Positions 28,596 to 38,607 of a DNA stretch of 64,000 nucleotides are shown here, in pieces. The stretch lies in the IMG/VR virus record IMGVR_UViG_3300043620_000042; one strand, given 5' to 3'. This stretch comes from a virus. The notes beneath the pieces were generated by a model, which saw nothing but the letters and a program-made list of their open reading frames with translations, did no database searches and was not told the DNA's origin. Within the stretch, counting starts at the first letter, position 1, and each line of letters starts with the position of its first letter. Position numbers and translations under genes: made by a program.

Positions 28596-29441
28596 ATGAT
28601 CTTAATTCAGCGACAGCCGGCGAGTCATTGGTATTTGCGCGATGGCAGGCCGTTTCATGAAATCGCAAAGAAGGATGGTTCCGGCAATCGGCCTGTGACA
28701 CTGGCAGACGCGCGGAAGGTGCTGGCTCTGCCAAGCGTCACAAATGTTTTGGGAGTCTTGGCGAAGCCGGGACTGGATGCCTGGAAAATCGAGCAGGGAA
28801 TTTTGAGCGCACTGACTTTGCCTCGCCTGCCAGGCGAGGAGTTGGGCGCTTTTGCGCATCGCGTCGTTGCCGACATGGGCGAGCAGGTCGAAAAGGCTGC
28901 TGACTTTGGGTCAGCCATTCACGCGGCCTGCGAAGTGTATGCGCTGAATAAGCAACTGCCGCAGGACATTCGGCTGCTCGGCTTTTTGGAGAGCTGGTTT
29001 CATTGGTTTGACAGCAATGTCGAACGCATTGCAGCCGTCGAGAGTGTGTACGTGCATCACGAGCACGGCTATGCCGGGCGCGTGGACATGGTGGCCTTGC
29101 TGAAGGGTGACAGCGTCACTGGCCCTTACTGGGCTGTCGTGGATTTCAAAACGCAGAAGGTGAAGCGCTCGGCGAAGGGAGAGGCGAAACCGAGCTTTTA
29201 TGAAACCTGGCCGCTTCAGCTTGCAGCTTATCGGCAAGCGATTTTAGCGAGCGGAGCGAAGGATGTGAAAGGTCTCGTCTCGGTCGTGATTGACAGTGCG
29301 AACCCGGGACCGGTCCACGTGAAGCAGTGGTCAGGCGTGGACTACTTCGGCTCGTTCCTGGCTGCGCTCGAACTGTGGAAATACGTGAAGGGCTACGATC
29401 CACGACTCGAACGTGGTCCCGCTACTCCGCAACTCAACTGA
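28596..29441 (+). CDS. PD-(D/E)XK (Cas4/RecB-like) phage exonuclease
   Basis: LPSVTNVL, GSAIHAACE, YAGRVDMV, VVDFKT, QLAAY. Confidence 0.85.
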   Translation: MILIQRQPASHWYLRDGRPFHEIAKKDGSGNRPVTLADARKVLALPSVTNVLGVLAKPGLDAWKIEQGILSALTLPRLPGEELGAFAHRVVADMGEQVEKAADFGSAIHAACEVYALNKQLPQDIRLLGFLESWFHWFDSNVERIAAVESVYVHHEHGYAGRVDMVALLKGDSVTGPYWAVVDFKTQKVKRSAKGEAKPSFYETWPLQLAAYRQAILASGAKDVKGLVSVVIDSANPGPVHVKQWSGVDYFGSFLAALELWKYVKGYDPRLERGPATPQLN

Positions 29442-29452
29442 GGCAACCCCGC

Positions 29453-30742
29453 ATGAAAACACTTTGGGAGAACTACGCTCAAATTGCGGATGAAGCTTTG
29501 ACGAATGAGAAGCGGTTCGCTGCTGCGGGGCTGGCTGGCCGCAACTGTTTCCTAACCGGCATGGCCGGGACAGGGAAGTCAACCACGTTGCGAGCGTTCA
29601 TACGTGACTCGATAAAGCGGGTGGATGTGACCGCGCCGACGGGCGTCGCGGCGCTGAACGTGGGCGGCATGACCATTCACCGCTTTTGCGGGATGATGCT
29701 TGGACCGCAGCCGGGGCAGTCGAATGAGGATTACTACGAAGCTCTGCGGCGGGATCCGCGCAAGTCCATCCTGGCTGGTTTCAATCGGGTGAGGCGCTGC
29801 GAGGTGTTGGTGATCGATGAGGTCTCGATGCTGCCGGGACGGCAGCTTGATTTCGTAGAGTTTTTGTTTCGGCGCTTGCGTGGGCGGGATGAGGCGTTCG
29901 GCGGGTGCCAAGTGATCGCAACTGGTGACTTCCTGCAACTGCCGCCTGTCCGAACAAACGAGAACGAGCCGTATGATTGGGCATTTCAGTCGCGGGCGTG
30001 GGAAGCCGCCGGGTTCAAGACAATCTCCCTGGAGATTGTCAGACGGCAGGATGAGCCCGCATTTGTGCGGGCACTTTCCGAGTTTCGCGTCGGCCGGGTC
30101 TGGGGCGAGGCAGCGCGACTGCTTCAGTCGCGTGTCAGGAGCTTTCCTCCGGCTGGGATGCCGCGACTGTTCACGCACAATGTGCAGGTGGACAAGTGGA
30201 ACGCGTTTCAGCTTTCCGAGCTGCCGGGTGAGGAAAGCGTTTTGGAGGCGGAACAAACCGGTCCAGAGCATCAGCGGGAGTTTCTGACGAAGAATCTTTT
30301 GACGCCGGCAACGCTACGGCTCAAGCCCGGTGCAATTGTGATGTTCACGGTAAACAAGAACGACTCCGGCAGGCGTGAGCCGCTCTTTGTAAATGGCCAG
30401 ATGGGAACGGTTGAGGAAATCCAGCCGGGCGCCGTGTTGGTGCGGAGCAATGGCGAGGTACTGAGAGTTGAGCCCTTCGTTTGGAGGTATGACAGCAATG
30501 ATCCTGAGGCTGCGACGTTCACGCAGTTTCCGCTTCGCCTTGCGTGGGCGATGACGATTCACAAATCGCAAGGGCTAACGCTCGATTGTGCGTATCTGGA
30601 CATCCGCGCCGCGCGGGAGCCTGGGCAGGCGTACGTAGCGGTTTCTCGGGTGAGAGCGCTCGCTGGGCTTCAGTTCAAGGAGTGGTTTAAAGGCGTGCAT
30701 GTCTCGCCAGAGGCCATCGAGTTTTACAAGGAGGCAGCATGA
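29453..30742 (+). CDS. Pif1-family SF1B helicase
   Basis: TGMAGTGKS, APTGVAALNVGGMTIHRF, VIDEVSML, FGGCQVIATGDFLQLPPV, QFPLRLAWAMTIHKSQGLTL, GQAYVAVSR. Confidence 0.92.
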   Translation: MKTLWENYAQIADEALTNEKRFAAAGLAGRNCFLTGMAGTGKSTTLRAFIRDSIKRVDVTAPTGVAALNVGGMTIHRFCGMMLGPQPGQSNEDYYEALRRDPRKSILAGFNRVRRCEVLVIDEVSMLPGRQLDFVEFLFRRLRGRDEAFGGCQVIATGDFLQLPPVRTNENEPYDWAFQSRAWEAAGFKTISLEIVRRQDEPAFVRALSEFRVGRVWGEAARLLQSRVRSFPPAGMPRLFTHNVQVDKWNAFQLSELPGEESVLEAEQTGPEHQREFLTKNLLTPATLRLKPGAIVMFTVNKNDSGRREPLFVNGQMGTVEEIQPGAVLVRSNGEVLRVEPFVWRYDSNDPEAATFTQFPLRLAWAMTIHKSQGLTLDCAYLDIRAAREPGQAYVAVSRVRALAGLQFKEWFKGVHVSPEAIEFYKEAA

Positions 30743-30957
30743 GAGCAAAACTGCAGGTTTTGGATTTGATTGCGCGGGCGTTTCATCGCGAATGCGAAGC
30801 GCGATGGTGGCCGGTGTGGCAGCCGGACTTTATTCGACTGCCGCCTGGCGCATTCAAATGCGTTTGTTGCGGGAGGAATAGACGAGCTGAGGAACGGCGC
30901 GAGCCGGAGAGCGAAGTCTGTATCCGGTGTGTGAGGGCAGCGGGGTTTGAGAACTGA
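30739..30957 (+). CDS. Small Cys-rich protein
   Basis: CVCCG...CIRC; ATGA overlap with the helicase stop. Confidence 0.5.
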   Translation: MRAKLQVLDLIARAFHRECEARWWPVWQPDFIRLPPGAFKCVCCGRNRRAEERREPESEVCIRCVRAAGFEN

Positions 30958-30965
30958 GGCGAGTT

Positions 30966-31277
30966 ATGCAAGGGATTGAGTTTTACCAGGCAATGCTGAA
31001 CAAGCGCGATGGGACACAGGGGCTGTCCATCGTTGGAATTGGCCCGGATCGGAGTCTGTGGGTGGAACCGTCATTTCTGGGCATCAGCGATCGCGAGGTC
31101 GCGAGGCTCCAGAAGGATTTCGGCGCCCAAGTTTTACGACTTCCCAATGGCGTGCACGTGTTTATCGAGGCGAGTGGAATCGTTGCGAGCTGCAAAACGG
31201 AAGAGAGGGAGAAAGAGCTGGCGCGCATGGTGGACGATTTTCTGGAGTATTTCCATCCGAGCAACTTTCGCGAATGA
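30966..31277 (+). CDS. Small hypothetical protein
   Basis: 103 aa; ATGA overlap with the primase start. Confidence 0.55.
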   Translation: MQGIEFYQAMLNKRDGTQGLSIVGIGPDRSLWVEPSFLGISDREVARLQKDFGAQVLRLPNGVHVFIEASGIVASCKTEEREKELARMVDDFLEYFHPSNFRE

Positions 31278-33229
31278 CGCCAGCAGAAAAAGTGGAGTCA
31301 CTGTTTGGTGACAACGTGTTTCTTGTACCCTGTGAGTGGGGAACGAAGAAACCGCTGGTTACGTACGTGGAGCGGCCGTTTGAGGCCACGAAAACGGACG
31401 CGTATCGCGCGTTGTTCGCGGTTCAGGAGGTCAACGCAGCCATTTACCTGGGCGAAGCGTCCGGTGGGCTTTGCGCGATAGACTTCGATCGGGATGAGGA
31501 CTTGGCGGCATTTCTTGCCGCGAATCCAGGTCTCGGCACAACCACGCAATCGCGTGGGAGCCGCGGCGGAATGCTGTGGCTGCGGATGAAAGGTGAATAT
31601 CCGGAGAGCTGCACACCGGCTGACAAGCATTTCGAGTGGCGAGCCGAGAAGCGGCTCTCGACGATTTACGGCCGCCATCCCGCAGGGATGGATTACACGC
31701 TGGTGTGCGATGCGCCACCGATGTCGGTGGCGTTTACTGAGATCGTGTGGCCAAAAGGCTGGGAGTTGCCGTGGATTGAAAGCTGTGAGGCCAAGCTGAA
31801 GCAGCTCTATGGCGAGCCGTTCTACACGACAGACAAGGGTGTGGTTTCTGGAATCAATGAGGCTTATTGGGCTGGCATGCACGCAATGGAAAACGAGGTT
31901 CTGTACGAACCGGATGAGAAAGGCTTTTACGCCTATTCCGGGGAAACTGGTCTTTACGAGGTCGAGTCTGCTGATGTGATCCGCCACAAGATTTCGGGCC
32001 GGATGCTGGAAGCATCCAGGCAGGCAAATGTGTTCGATCTGCAAAAGAGGAGAACCGCGACCACGCTTAACAATGTGGTGGCTCATCTGCGTGGCATCTC
32101 GGAAAAGCGCGGAGCGTTTGCCGGGGCGAAGAAAGCGATACACCTGGCAAACGGGGTGATTGTTTTCAACGGATGCAACGCTGAGTTGCTGCCGTTCTCG
32201 GCAGAGTTCCGGTCGCGCAATCGCTCGCCGATTGCGTTCGATGAGAATGCGAAGTGTGAGCGGTTTCTGAATGAGTTGGTCTTGCCAGCTGTGGCGCCGG
32301 ATGACGTCGAGCTGCTCCAGAAGTTCGCCGGCATGATGCTGCTCGGTTACAACCGAGCACAGCGGTTGCTTATCCTGGACGGCGAAGCCGGGCGTGGCAA
32401 AACGCAATTTGCGAATGTGATGCAGGGGCTCGTTGGCATGGCCAACGTGACACAGCTTCGAACGAAGCTGCTGGCAGAACGGTTTGAGTTGTTTCGGTAT
32501 TTGAAAAGGACCTTGCTGGTGGGCGTGGATGTAGAGGCGGATTTCCTGAGCACCAAGGGTGCGGCTGTATTGAAAGGGTTGGTCGGTGGCGATTGGTTCG
32601 ATGCCGAACAGAAAGGTGGGACTGGTTCTTTCCAGGTGCAGGGCAACTTCAATGTGGTGATCACGTCCAATGCCCGTCTGAAAGTGCGATTGCAAGGTGA
32701 CGTGGGTGCGTGGAAGCGCCGGATAACGATCGTGCGCTATGAAGCGCCGCCGCCGCCGAAGCGGATTCCGGACTTTGGGGCCTACCTCGTGAAGGAGGAA
32801 GGCAGCGGGATCCTGAACTGGGCCTTGCTCGGCGCGCAGAAGCTCCTGACGGAAATCCCTGACGAAGGCGGGGATTTCATTCTAACGCAGAGGCAGAAGG
32901 GTGTCGTGGATTCGCTCCTGGCCGAAAGCGATAGCTTGCGGCATTTCCTGCAATCCCGGGTCCAGGTGGACAGTTACGGCGACGCAACCACGAGCGAGCT
33001 GATCGAGGCCTACGCGGCCTACTGCCCCGAGCATCGTTGGCAGCCGCTGCCGATCACGGAGGTTCAGCGTCAGCTTGAAGGCCTGATGCTCGAGATTTTC
33101 GGCGTCAGCAAAAGCCACAGCGTGGATCGCGACGGCAAGACGCAGCGTGGGTTCCGGGGTGTGAAAATTATGGAGGAGCCGGCTGATCTTCTCGCGGGCG
33201 CGCCATCAGCTGACGAACAGGTGCACTAA
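31274..33229 (+). CDS. Prim-Pol + D5_N + SF3 helicase (P4-family phage/plasmid primase)
   Basis: LCAIDFD, STIYGRHP, IHLANGVI, LDGEAGRGKTQF (Walker A), VITSN, GAWKRRI. Confidence 0.88.
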   Translation: MTPAEKVESLFGDNVFLVPCEWGTKKPLVTYVERPFEATKTDAYRALFAVQEVNAAIYLGEASGGLCAIDFDRDEDLAAFLAANPGLGTTTQSRGSRGGMLWLRMKGEYPESCTPADKHFEWRAEKRLSTIYGRHPAGMDYTLVCDAPPMSVAFTEIVWPKGWELPWIESCEAKLKQLYGEPFYTTDKGVVSGINEAYWAGMHAMENEVLYEPDEKGFYAYSGETGLYEVESADVIRHKISGRMLEASRQANVFDLQKRRTATTLNNVVAHLRGISEKRGAFAGAKKAIHLANGVIVFNGCNAELLPFSAEFRSRNRSPIAFDENAKCERFLNELVLPAVAPDDVELLQKFAGMMLLGYNRAQRLLILDGEAGRGKTQFANVMQGLVGMANVTQLRTKLLAERFELFRYLKRTLLVGVDVEADFLSTKGAAVLKGLVGGDWFDAEQKGGTGSFQVQGNFNVVITSNARLKVRLQGDVGAWKRRITIVRYEAPPPPKRIPDFGAYLVKEEGSGILNWALLGAQKLLTEIPDEGGDFILTQRQKGVVDSLLAESDSLRHFLQSRVQVDSYGDATTSELIEAYAAYCPEHRWQPLPITEVQRQLEGLMLEIFGVSKSHSVDRDGKTQRGFRGVKIMEEPADLLAGAPSADEQVH

Positions 33230-34083
33230 TGTCCATCTTTCTTCAGAACTTCGGGCGCAATGATTTCGAGAGCATTGGTCGCAGCAATGCGAAGCTCCTC
33301 ATTGTTGCTGTTGAGTGCCTTGCGAAGTTCAGGGACCGCAACCGAGGCGTTCGTTCCAAAATTGCCCAGCGATTTAGCGGATTCAATCGCGGTCAGGGTG
33401 TTGTCGTTCTGCAGGGATCGGGTCAAAGCCGGTACAGCCAGCGCGGGTTCAAGTCTCAAGTCGCCGAGGACTCTGGCGATCATTCTTGCTACCTCACGGT
33501 CGTTAAAGGAACCGATCAGAACTGGCACGGTCCAACTGGCATTTGTATCCAGGCGCGTGACAGATTCCCGAATTCGCGCTGCAGCTTCCCTACGATACAC
33601 GGGTGGAGCGCTCTTGTTGGTAACCAGGGACACCAAAGGTGCGAGTCCAGGGTTTCCCATGTAACTCAGCGCAAAGAGGGCCCTTTCGACAGTTGCCCTC
33701 GACTTCTTATCCCAATCGCCCAGCACATTGTTCAATGCTGGGGCGGCCGGGCCCCCCTCTGGGCCCAGGATCTCGAATCCTCCCAGCGCCGCATAGGCTC
33801 GAAGCGTGCCCGAGTTCTGCATCAGATGGTCGATGGGCCCTGTCCTCCAAGATGGGATCTTGTAGCTAATCCATTTAACAAGAAAGGGCAGGGCGTTCGT
33901 GCCAATGTGATGGACCGCGTTCGTCGCCTCCGCTACAGACTGGTCGTGATAGTAGGCAGTAAGCCACTGGCTCAGCGTCCGCCCCTCGTAGCTGGGTTCG
34001 TGCTCATGAGACGCAAGGAAAATCCAAAGAAGCAGCGCGCCTGCGATCATCGGGATCAGGATAAGGCGTCGTTTCCTTGCCAC
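33226..34083 (-). CDS. Membrane-anchored HEAT-repeat protein (antisense moron)
   Basis: N-terminal TM, EPSYEGRTLSQWL, repeated AVPALTRSL/AVPELRKAL HEAT units. Confidence 0.8.
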   Translation of the reverse strand: MARKRRLILIPMIAGALLLWIFLASHEHEPSYEGRTLSQWLTAYYHDQSVAEATNAVHHIGTNALPFLVKWISYKIPSWRTGPIDHLMQNSGTLRAYAALGGFEILGPEGGPAAPALNNVLGDWDKKSRATVERALFALSYMGNPGLAPLVSLVTNKSAPPVYRREAAARIRESVTRLDTNASWTVPVLIGSFNDREVARMIARVLGDLRLEPALAVPALTRSLQNDNTLTAIESAKSLGNFGTNASVAVPELRKALNSNNEELRIAATNALEIIAPEVLKKDGH

Positions 34084-34136
34084 GACCGAATTTTCTCAAC
34101 TGGGCCACTGCCTTCAAGCAGAAAGCGACGCCCACA

Positions 34137-34802
34137 ATGAGCCTTGACCGAACAAGACTGCAGAAGGTCCGCGACTTGGCCACCGGTGGCCTTCAGGCCC
34201 AGTGCCCTGCTTGTGCTGAGGTCGGACAGGATCGCACTGGTGAACATCTGAGAATTTCCCCTGAGGGGAAATTCGGCTGTTGCGTCTTCCCTGGCGACCG
34301 CAAACACCGCAGCCGGATTTTTGCGTTGGCTGGTGAACATGGAACCAAGGCCATCAAGGTCAGGGTGGCATCGGCAAAATCTGCTGCCGCTTTGCAGTTG
34401 GACCTGTTGGGACGCTTGGGACGGGTGTTCAACAGTCTAACTGAATGTCAGAACAGTGAAGCTGTTAATCTTGGGACGCTTGGGACGGGCACTTACTCTT
34501 TACGTATAGAAGAAAATGAGATCTGTATACATAAGGTAATAGATAATCGAACAAGCGTCCCAAACGTCCCAACTATTGAACCCTGGCAGCAGTCGGAAAC
34601 AGGCGTCCCAAGCGTCCCAGTCCTACCCAGACCGGGCAGTGTTCGACTGCCGTATCTGACGCCGTCCGGTGATCTGGTGATCCCGTTTGACTCGCCTGAA
34701 CGGTACCACTGGTGGAAACCGCCACACGAAAAACGGCTGAGGGTGAAGGAAATCCTCGCTGAACTCCGGGAAAGAAAGGAAAATGATGTCTCACCTTTTT
34801 GA
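34137..34802 (+). CDS. Zn-binding-like protein containing the putative origin
   Basis: QCPACAE...HLRI...FGCCV; iterons lie inside the coding sequence. Confidence 0.6.
   Translation: MSLDRTRLQKVRDLATGGLQAQCPACAEVGQDRTGEHLRISPEGKFGCCVFPGDRKHRSRIFALAGEHGTKAIKVRVASAKSAAALQLDLLGRLGRVFNSLTECQNSEAVNLGTLGTGTYSLRIEENEICIHKVIDNRTSVPNVPTIEPWQQSETGVPSVPVLPRPGSVRLPYLTPSGDLVIPFDSPERYHWWKPPHEKRLRVKEILAELRERKENDVSPF
34407..34619. repeat. Putative replication origin: 8 TGGGACG-type iterons around an AT-rich core
   Basis: TTGGGACGCTTGGGACG at 34407 and 34471; inverted CGTCCCAAACGTCCCAA at 34556 and CGTCCCAAGCGTCCCA at 34604; AT-rich spacer ~34490-34550. Confidence 0.7.
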
Positions 34803-34867
34803 AGACCTTGCGGTCGGCCACCACGCAGAGGCACTTGGAACTCGGTCAACTATGTACGAAAGGAACT

Positions 34868-35446
34868 ATGCCTCATCTTTTTGAACAACAAGCCAGGGAA
34901 AGCAGTAAAGCCTTTGCTGCGTTCAGTTTGTATCTGAGCCTCGGGCCGCAGCGGTCGTTAGCTGCTGTGGCCCAGAAGTTGGCCAAGAGTCAACAGCTTC
35001 TGAAACGGTGGAGCACGAAATTCGAGTGGCCGGCCAGGGTGCAGGCCTACGACGCCCATCTGGCGATTGTCGAGAGGGAAGCTGCAGAGGCGCTCGCGAG
35101 AGCGAATGCCGCTGTGCGGGAGAAACGGAAGCAGCAGGTGCTGGACGAGGAGTGGGAATTGCACAATGACGCGATCCGGGCAGGGAAGGAAGCGTTGAAG
35201 CGGTTCTATGAGAAAGGGAAAGGGGCGACGCTGGGTGACATTGCGCGGATGCTGGAGCTGGCTAGCACGCTCGGACGATTGGCGACTGGGTTGAGTGAAA
35301 AACAGGAGGGCAACGGTGATGAAGGCCGGCCGGTGCGGATCGAGGTGACGCTGGCACTTGAGAAAATCTATGGAGAACCTTTGCCTGGAGAAGTGGTGGA
35401 TGTGGAAGCGAAGCTGTTGCCGACTCCTTGCGGAGGGCCACCTTGA
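34868..35446 (+). CDS. Terminase small subunit-like HTH protein
   Basis: ESSKAFAAFSLYLSLGPQRSLAAVAQKL...RWSTKFEWPARVQAYD; directly upstream of TerL. Confidence 0.65.
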   Translation: MPHLFEQQARESSKAFAAFSLYLSLGPQRSLAAVAQKLAKSQQLLKRWSTKFEWPARVQAYDAHLAIVEREAAEALARANAAVREKRKQQVLDEEWELHNDAIRAGKEALKRFYEKGKGATLGDIARMLELASTLGRLATGLSEKQEGNGDEGRPVRIEVTLALEKIYGEPLPGEVVDVEAKLLPTPCGGPP

Positions 35447-36840
35447 CACCCTGGCAAAGATATTTCCTGATGGGCCGACGTGCCGGTTGCCCGAAGGACC
35501 AAATGGGAAACTTCGAGCGCGCCGATTGCGTCCTGCAGGCGCGGCAGCTCGCCGCGTCGTCGTCGGCGCGGCTCTGTGACAGACTGGATGGACCGACGGC
35601 CATCGGCTACGGAGGTGCGCGCGGTGGTGGAAAAAGCCATTGGCTGCTGGCGCAAATGGGCGCTGACGACTGTCAGCGGGTGCCCGGCTTGAAGTGCCTG
35701 CTGCTGCGGAAAGTTGGCAAAGCCAACACGGAGCACTTCGAGGATCTGCGGCTCAGGCTGTTCACGTATCTGAAGCATGAGTTCTCGGCGTATCGGGGAA
35801 TCCTCACTTTTTCGAATGGCTCGCGAATCATCGCGGGCCATTTTCAGGCTGAGAAGGACATCGATGCATACCTTGGGCTGGAGTACGACGTGATCGGCAT
35901 CGAGGAAGCGACAACGCTGACGAGCCGGAAGCATCAGGACATTACGACGTGCTGTCGCACGTCGAAACCAAACTGGCGCCCGCGAATCTATTCGACGACC
36001 AATCCCGGAGGGATTGGTCACGCCTGGTATCGCACGAAGTTTGTCCTTCCTTTCCTGCAAGGAAAGGAAGCTGACACGCGCTTTGTGCCAGCGCGTGTGT
36101 CGGACAACCGGTTCAATAATCCCGAATACACGAAAGTCCTGGAAGGATTAACAGGCTGGCAAAAGCGAGCCTGGCTGGATGGCGACTGGGACATTGCAGC
36201 CGGACAATTCTTCACGACGCTGCGTCGTGAAGTCCATGTCATCTCTTCCTTCGACGACAGCAGAGCTGTCGAGTGGTTCGCGGCAATGGATTACGGCTTC
36301 ACGCATTACACGGTGGTGCTGCTGGGTTGCCTGGATGGAGACGGAAACATGTTCATCGTGGATGAGCATGCGGAAAGGTTGTGGCTGCCGCAACGACATG
36401 CGCCCGCGATCGTGGCCATGCTCGGCAGGCATCAGATTTCCAGCCGCAGGCTGGAAATCTCTGACCTGAAGAGATTCGTGGCCGGAGCCGACGTGTTCAG
36501 CAAGCAGAGTGACGGGACAACGGTAGCTTCGCAGTATGCGAGGCTCGGTATCACCTTGCGCTGCGCGAACACGGACCGTGTGAATGGCTGGGCTGAAATC
36601 CTGCATCGCCTCGGCGAGCCCAACGTGGGCATCGCACCAAGGCTGTTCATTCATGAAAGGTGCAGGCGATTGGTGGAGTGCCTGCCGTCGCTGCAACATG
36701 ATCCGAATCGGCCTGAGGATGTGCTGAAGGTGGATGCGGATGAGGATGGTGTTGGAGGCGATGACACTGCCGACTGTATGCGTTATTTGGTCGCGACGAA
36801 GTCGCGAGCAGTGGTACAGAGGAAGTTGAGGGGGCTATGA
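35428..36840 (+). CDS. terL: Terminase large subunit
   Basis: GYGGARGGGKS (Walker A), VIGIEEA (Walker B), STTNPGG, WLDGDWD, AMDYGF nuclease Asp, DDTADCMRY. True start may be TTG ~35443. Confidence 0.92.
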   Translation: MRRATLTPWQRYFLMGRRAGCPKDQMGNFERADCVLQARQLAASSSARLCDRLDGPTAIGYGGARGGGKSHWLLAQMGADDCQRVPGLKCLLLRKVGKANTEHFEDLRLRLFTYLKHEFSAYRGILTFSNGSRIIAGHFQAEKDIDAYLGLEYDVIGIEEATTLTSRKHQDITTCCRTSKPNWRPRIYSTTNPGGIGHAWYRTKFVLPFLQGKEADTRFVPARVSDNRFNNPEYTKVLEGLTGWQKRAWLDGDWDIAAGQFFTTLRREVHVISSFDDSRAVEWFAAMDYGFTHYTVVLLGCLDGDGNMFIVDEHAERLWLPQRHAPAIVAMLGRHQISSRRLEISDLKRFVAGADVFSKQSDGTTVASQYARLGITLRCANTDRVNGWAEILHRLGEPNVGIAPRLFIHERCRRLVECLPSLQHDPNRPEDVLKVDADEDGVGGDDTADCMRYLVATKSRAVVQRKLRGL

Positions 36841-37134
36841 CGCCTCGGCGGCTCTGACAAGAGCGCGGGCGCGAACCCGAGCTGTGTCCAAGCGCCGGGC
36901 GATCTGCTCATCGAGCGAGAGGTCTTCTTCTTTCTTATGAGTGGCGGAGAAGCCGTACGAATCGTTGATGCTTCCCATGCCTCCAAACGCCGACAGGAAA
37001 TGCTGAGCGCCACGCAGGTCACCGTTCTTCAGGGCTGCGGCATCTTCGCGAAGCCATGCTGACCAGTGCTTGTCGCCATCACTCTCAAGGAGGCTGGCGA
37101 TCTCATCGAGATCGTTTGCAAGGCGAGCTGTCAT
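36835..37134 (-). CDS. DUF6966-like small protein
   Basis: LLESDGDKHWSAWL...FLSAFGGMGSIND motif. Confidence 0.55.
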   Translation of the reverse strand: MTARLANDLDEIASLLESDGDKHWSAWLREDAAALKNGDLRGAQHFLSAFGGMGSINDSYGFSATHKKEEDLSLDEQIARRLDTARVRARALVRAAEAS

Positions 37135-37350
37135 GCTTCGCTCATTTATGTAATCGAATCTATGGTCTGTCACCAAGCATGAAAGGTGAACGCATTTTCT
37201 GTGCATGCCTCCGACTCCGAAGCGACCCCGCCATATTTCAAGAAACCAAAGCGAAGTGAGGGTGTGGCGTGAAGGATGCCTGCGAGTTGGCGTGCGCACT
37301 GCAACTGAATACTTGTTTTGCGGAAAGCAGTGCGCATGACAAAGGAGCAG

Positions 37351-37492
37351 CCTCTCTACATATAAGGTCATGTTGTGCGATCAATCCCGGGTCTCGCCTT
37401 GCGAGACGGGGACCCAGACACCGGGGGTCCTGCGTCAGCGGGTGCCGGTGGTGGGGAGGGATTTCGCATCAACATGCCTTATATTTAGAAGG
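37351..37492. other. ~140-nt branched stem-loop
   Basis: ATATAAGG/CCTTATAT, CATGTTG/CAACATG, TGCGA/TCGCA outer stem; inner GTCTCGC/GCGAGAC and CACCGG/CCGGTG stems. Confidence 0.65.
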
Positions 37493-38274
37493 TAGTAAGC
37501 AAGGCAAGCCCAACAGCCCTGCGCTTACGATTTTCACGTTCATTGGGTTTGCCGGTCCTTCATGACACAGACGAACGGAGCAAATGTGATATGTGCGGGG
37601 TCGCGGACTGATTGCCTGAGATTCTTTAACAGGAGCAAACGGAGGCAACGGAGTTTGCACCGACTGTTCTGACTCTTGGCTGGTGGAGTGGAGCAACCGA
37701 GTTCGGGCGTCGATGTTGTGTTCCTGGTTTGCCGAGCGACGCCAAGGAACTCGGTGTGGAACGAACCAGCCAAGTGTCAGAGAAACTTTTGCAGCTATCA
37801 CATGGCCGGGCCGTAGCAGAGCATCGTCGCTGTGTTCTTCTTTTGCGACGTGGCGACAGCGAAGGACCGGCGATGTGATAGCGAGCCTGAGCTTCGGAAT
37901 CCAGCGAAGCTGGATGTTGTGAACTATCCACACTCCCTCCGGGAGTGTGGCTGATCATCCGTTGCGCGTACGACTTACACCACAAAAACTGTTCGATTGC
38001 CCGGGACGAATTCGAATGACCAGAGCGTGAGATTGCGCCCCGAACGTCCAAGCTTTAAACGGGAGGGGTTCTGAAAGAACCCAGGTGTGGATGGCACTGA
38101 AGATGTTCAAACTGAAATTATGTCCCCAAAAAAAGGAATCTGGAAACTGTTGAAACAGCTGATATGACGTTATTACGCGTGTCCACCTAACTGAAGTTAG
38201 GTGTTAATGAAAACATCGTCGCTGCCACCGAATTGGTTAGCGTGATACTTGTACCTATCGGAAAAGCGCCGCTG

Positions 38275-38568
38275 CTAGAACAGCCAGCGCAGCGCCAACC
38301 CGACGAGCCACGGACCGAAGAGCAGCGCCCCAACGCCGAGAGCGACACGCACCGACCGCACGAGAGCCAAGCGCCGACACGAACGCACCGGACGCCACTC
38401 CTGCACCGAACCGCACGCCCGCCAGTCACGCACCGACTGACGCGCCCGACCCGCGACGCGCCACCAAACCCACCACGACGCCTGCCGCCACCACGCACCG
38501 ACCCACCAACCCCAATACAACGAACAGTAATACCCAACCTGCCACTTTATTTTTTTAATTCTTTTCAT
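38275..38568 (-). CDS. Possible Trp/Arg-rich small membrane protein
   Basis: MKRIKKIKWQVGYYCSLYWGWWVGAWW...; may only reflect GT skew. Confidence 0.3.
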   Translation of the reverse strand: MKRIKKIKWQVGYYCSLYWGWWVGAWWRQASWWVWWRVAGRARQSVRDWRACGSVQEWRPVRSCRRLALVRSVRVALGVGALLFGPWLVGLALRWLF

Positions 38569-38607
38569 CACCTGTCTCTGAAAAGAATTAAAAAAATAAG
38601 TGGCAGG
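38538..38607. repeat. AT-rich near-perfect 29-bp inverted repeat
   Basis: CCTGCCACTTTATTTTTTTAATTCTTTTCA - 11-nt loop - TGAAAAGAATTAAAAAAATAAGTGGCAGG, one bulged T. Confidence 0.85.

Noticed and set aside
27656-32695. Long antisense ORFs in the track (27656..28567, 29579..30271, 31298..32695 and similar elsewhere)
   Set aside because: Shadow frames of well-supported genes on the opposite strand, without recognisable motifs.
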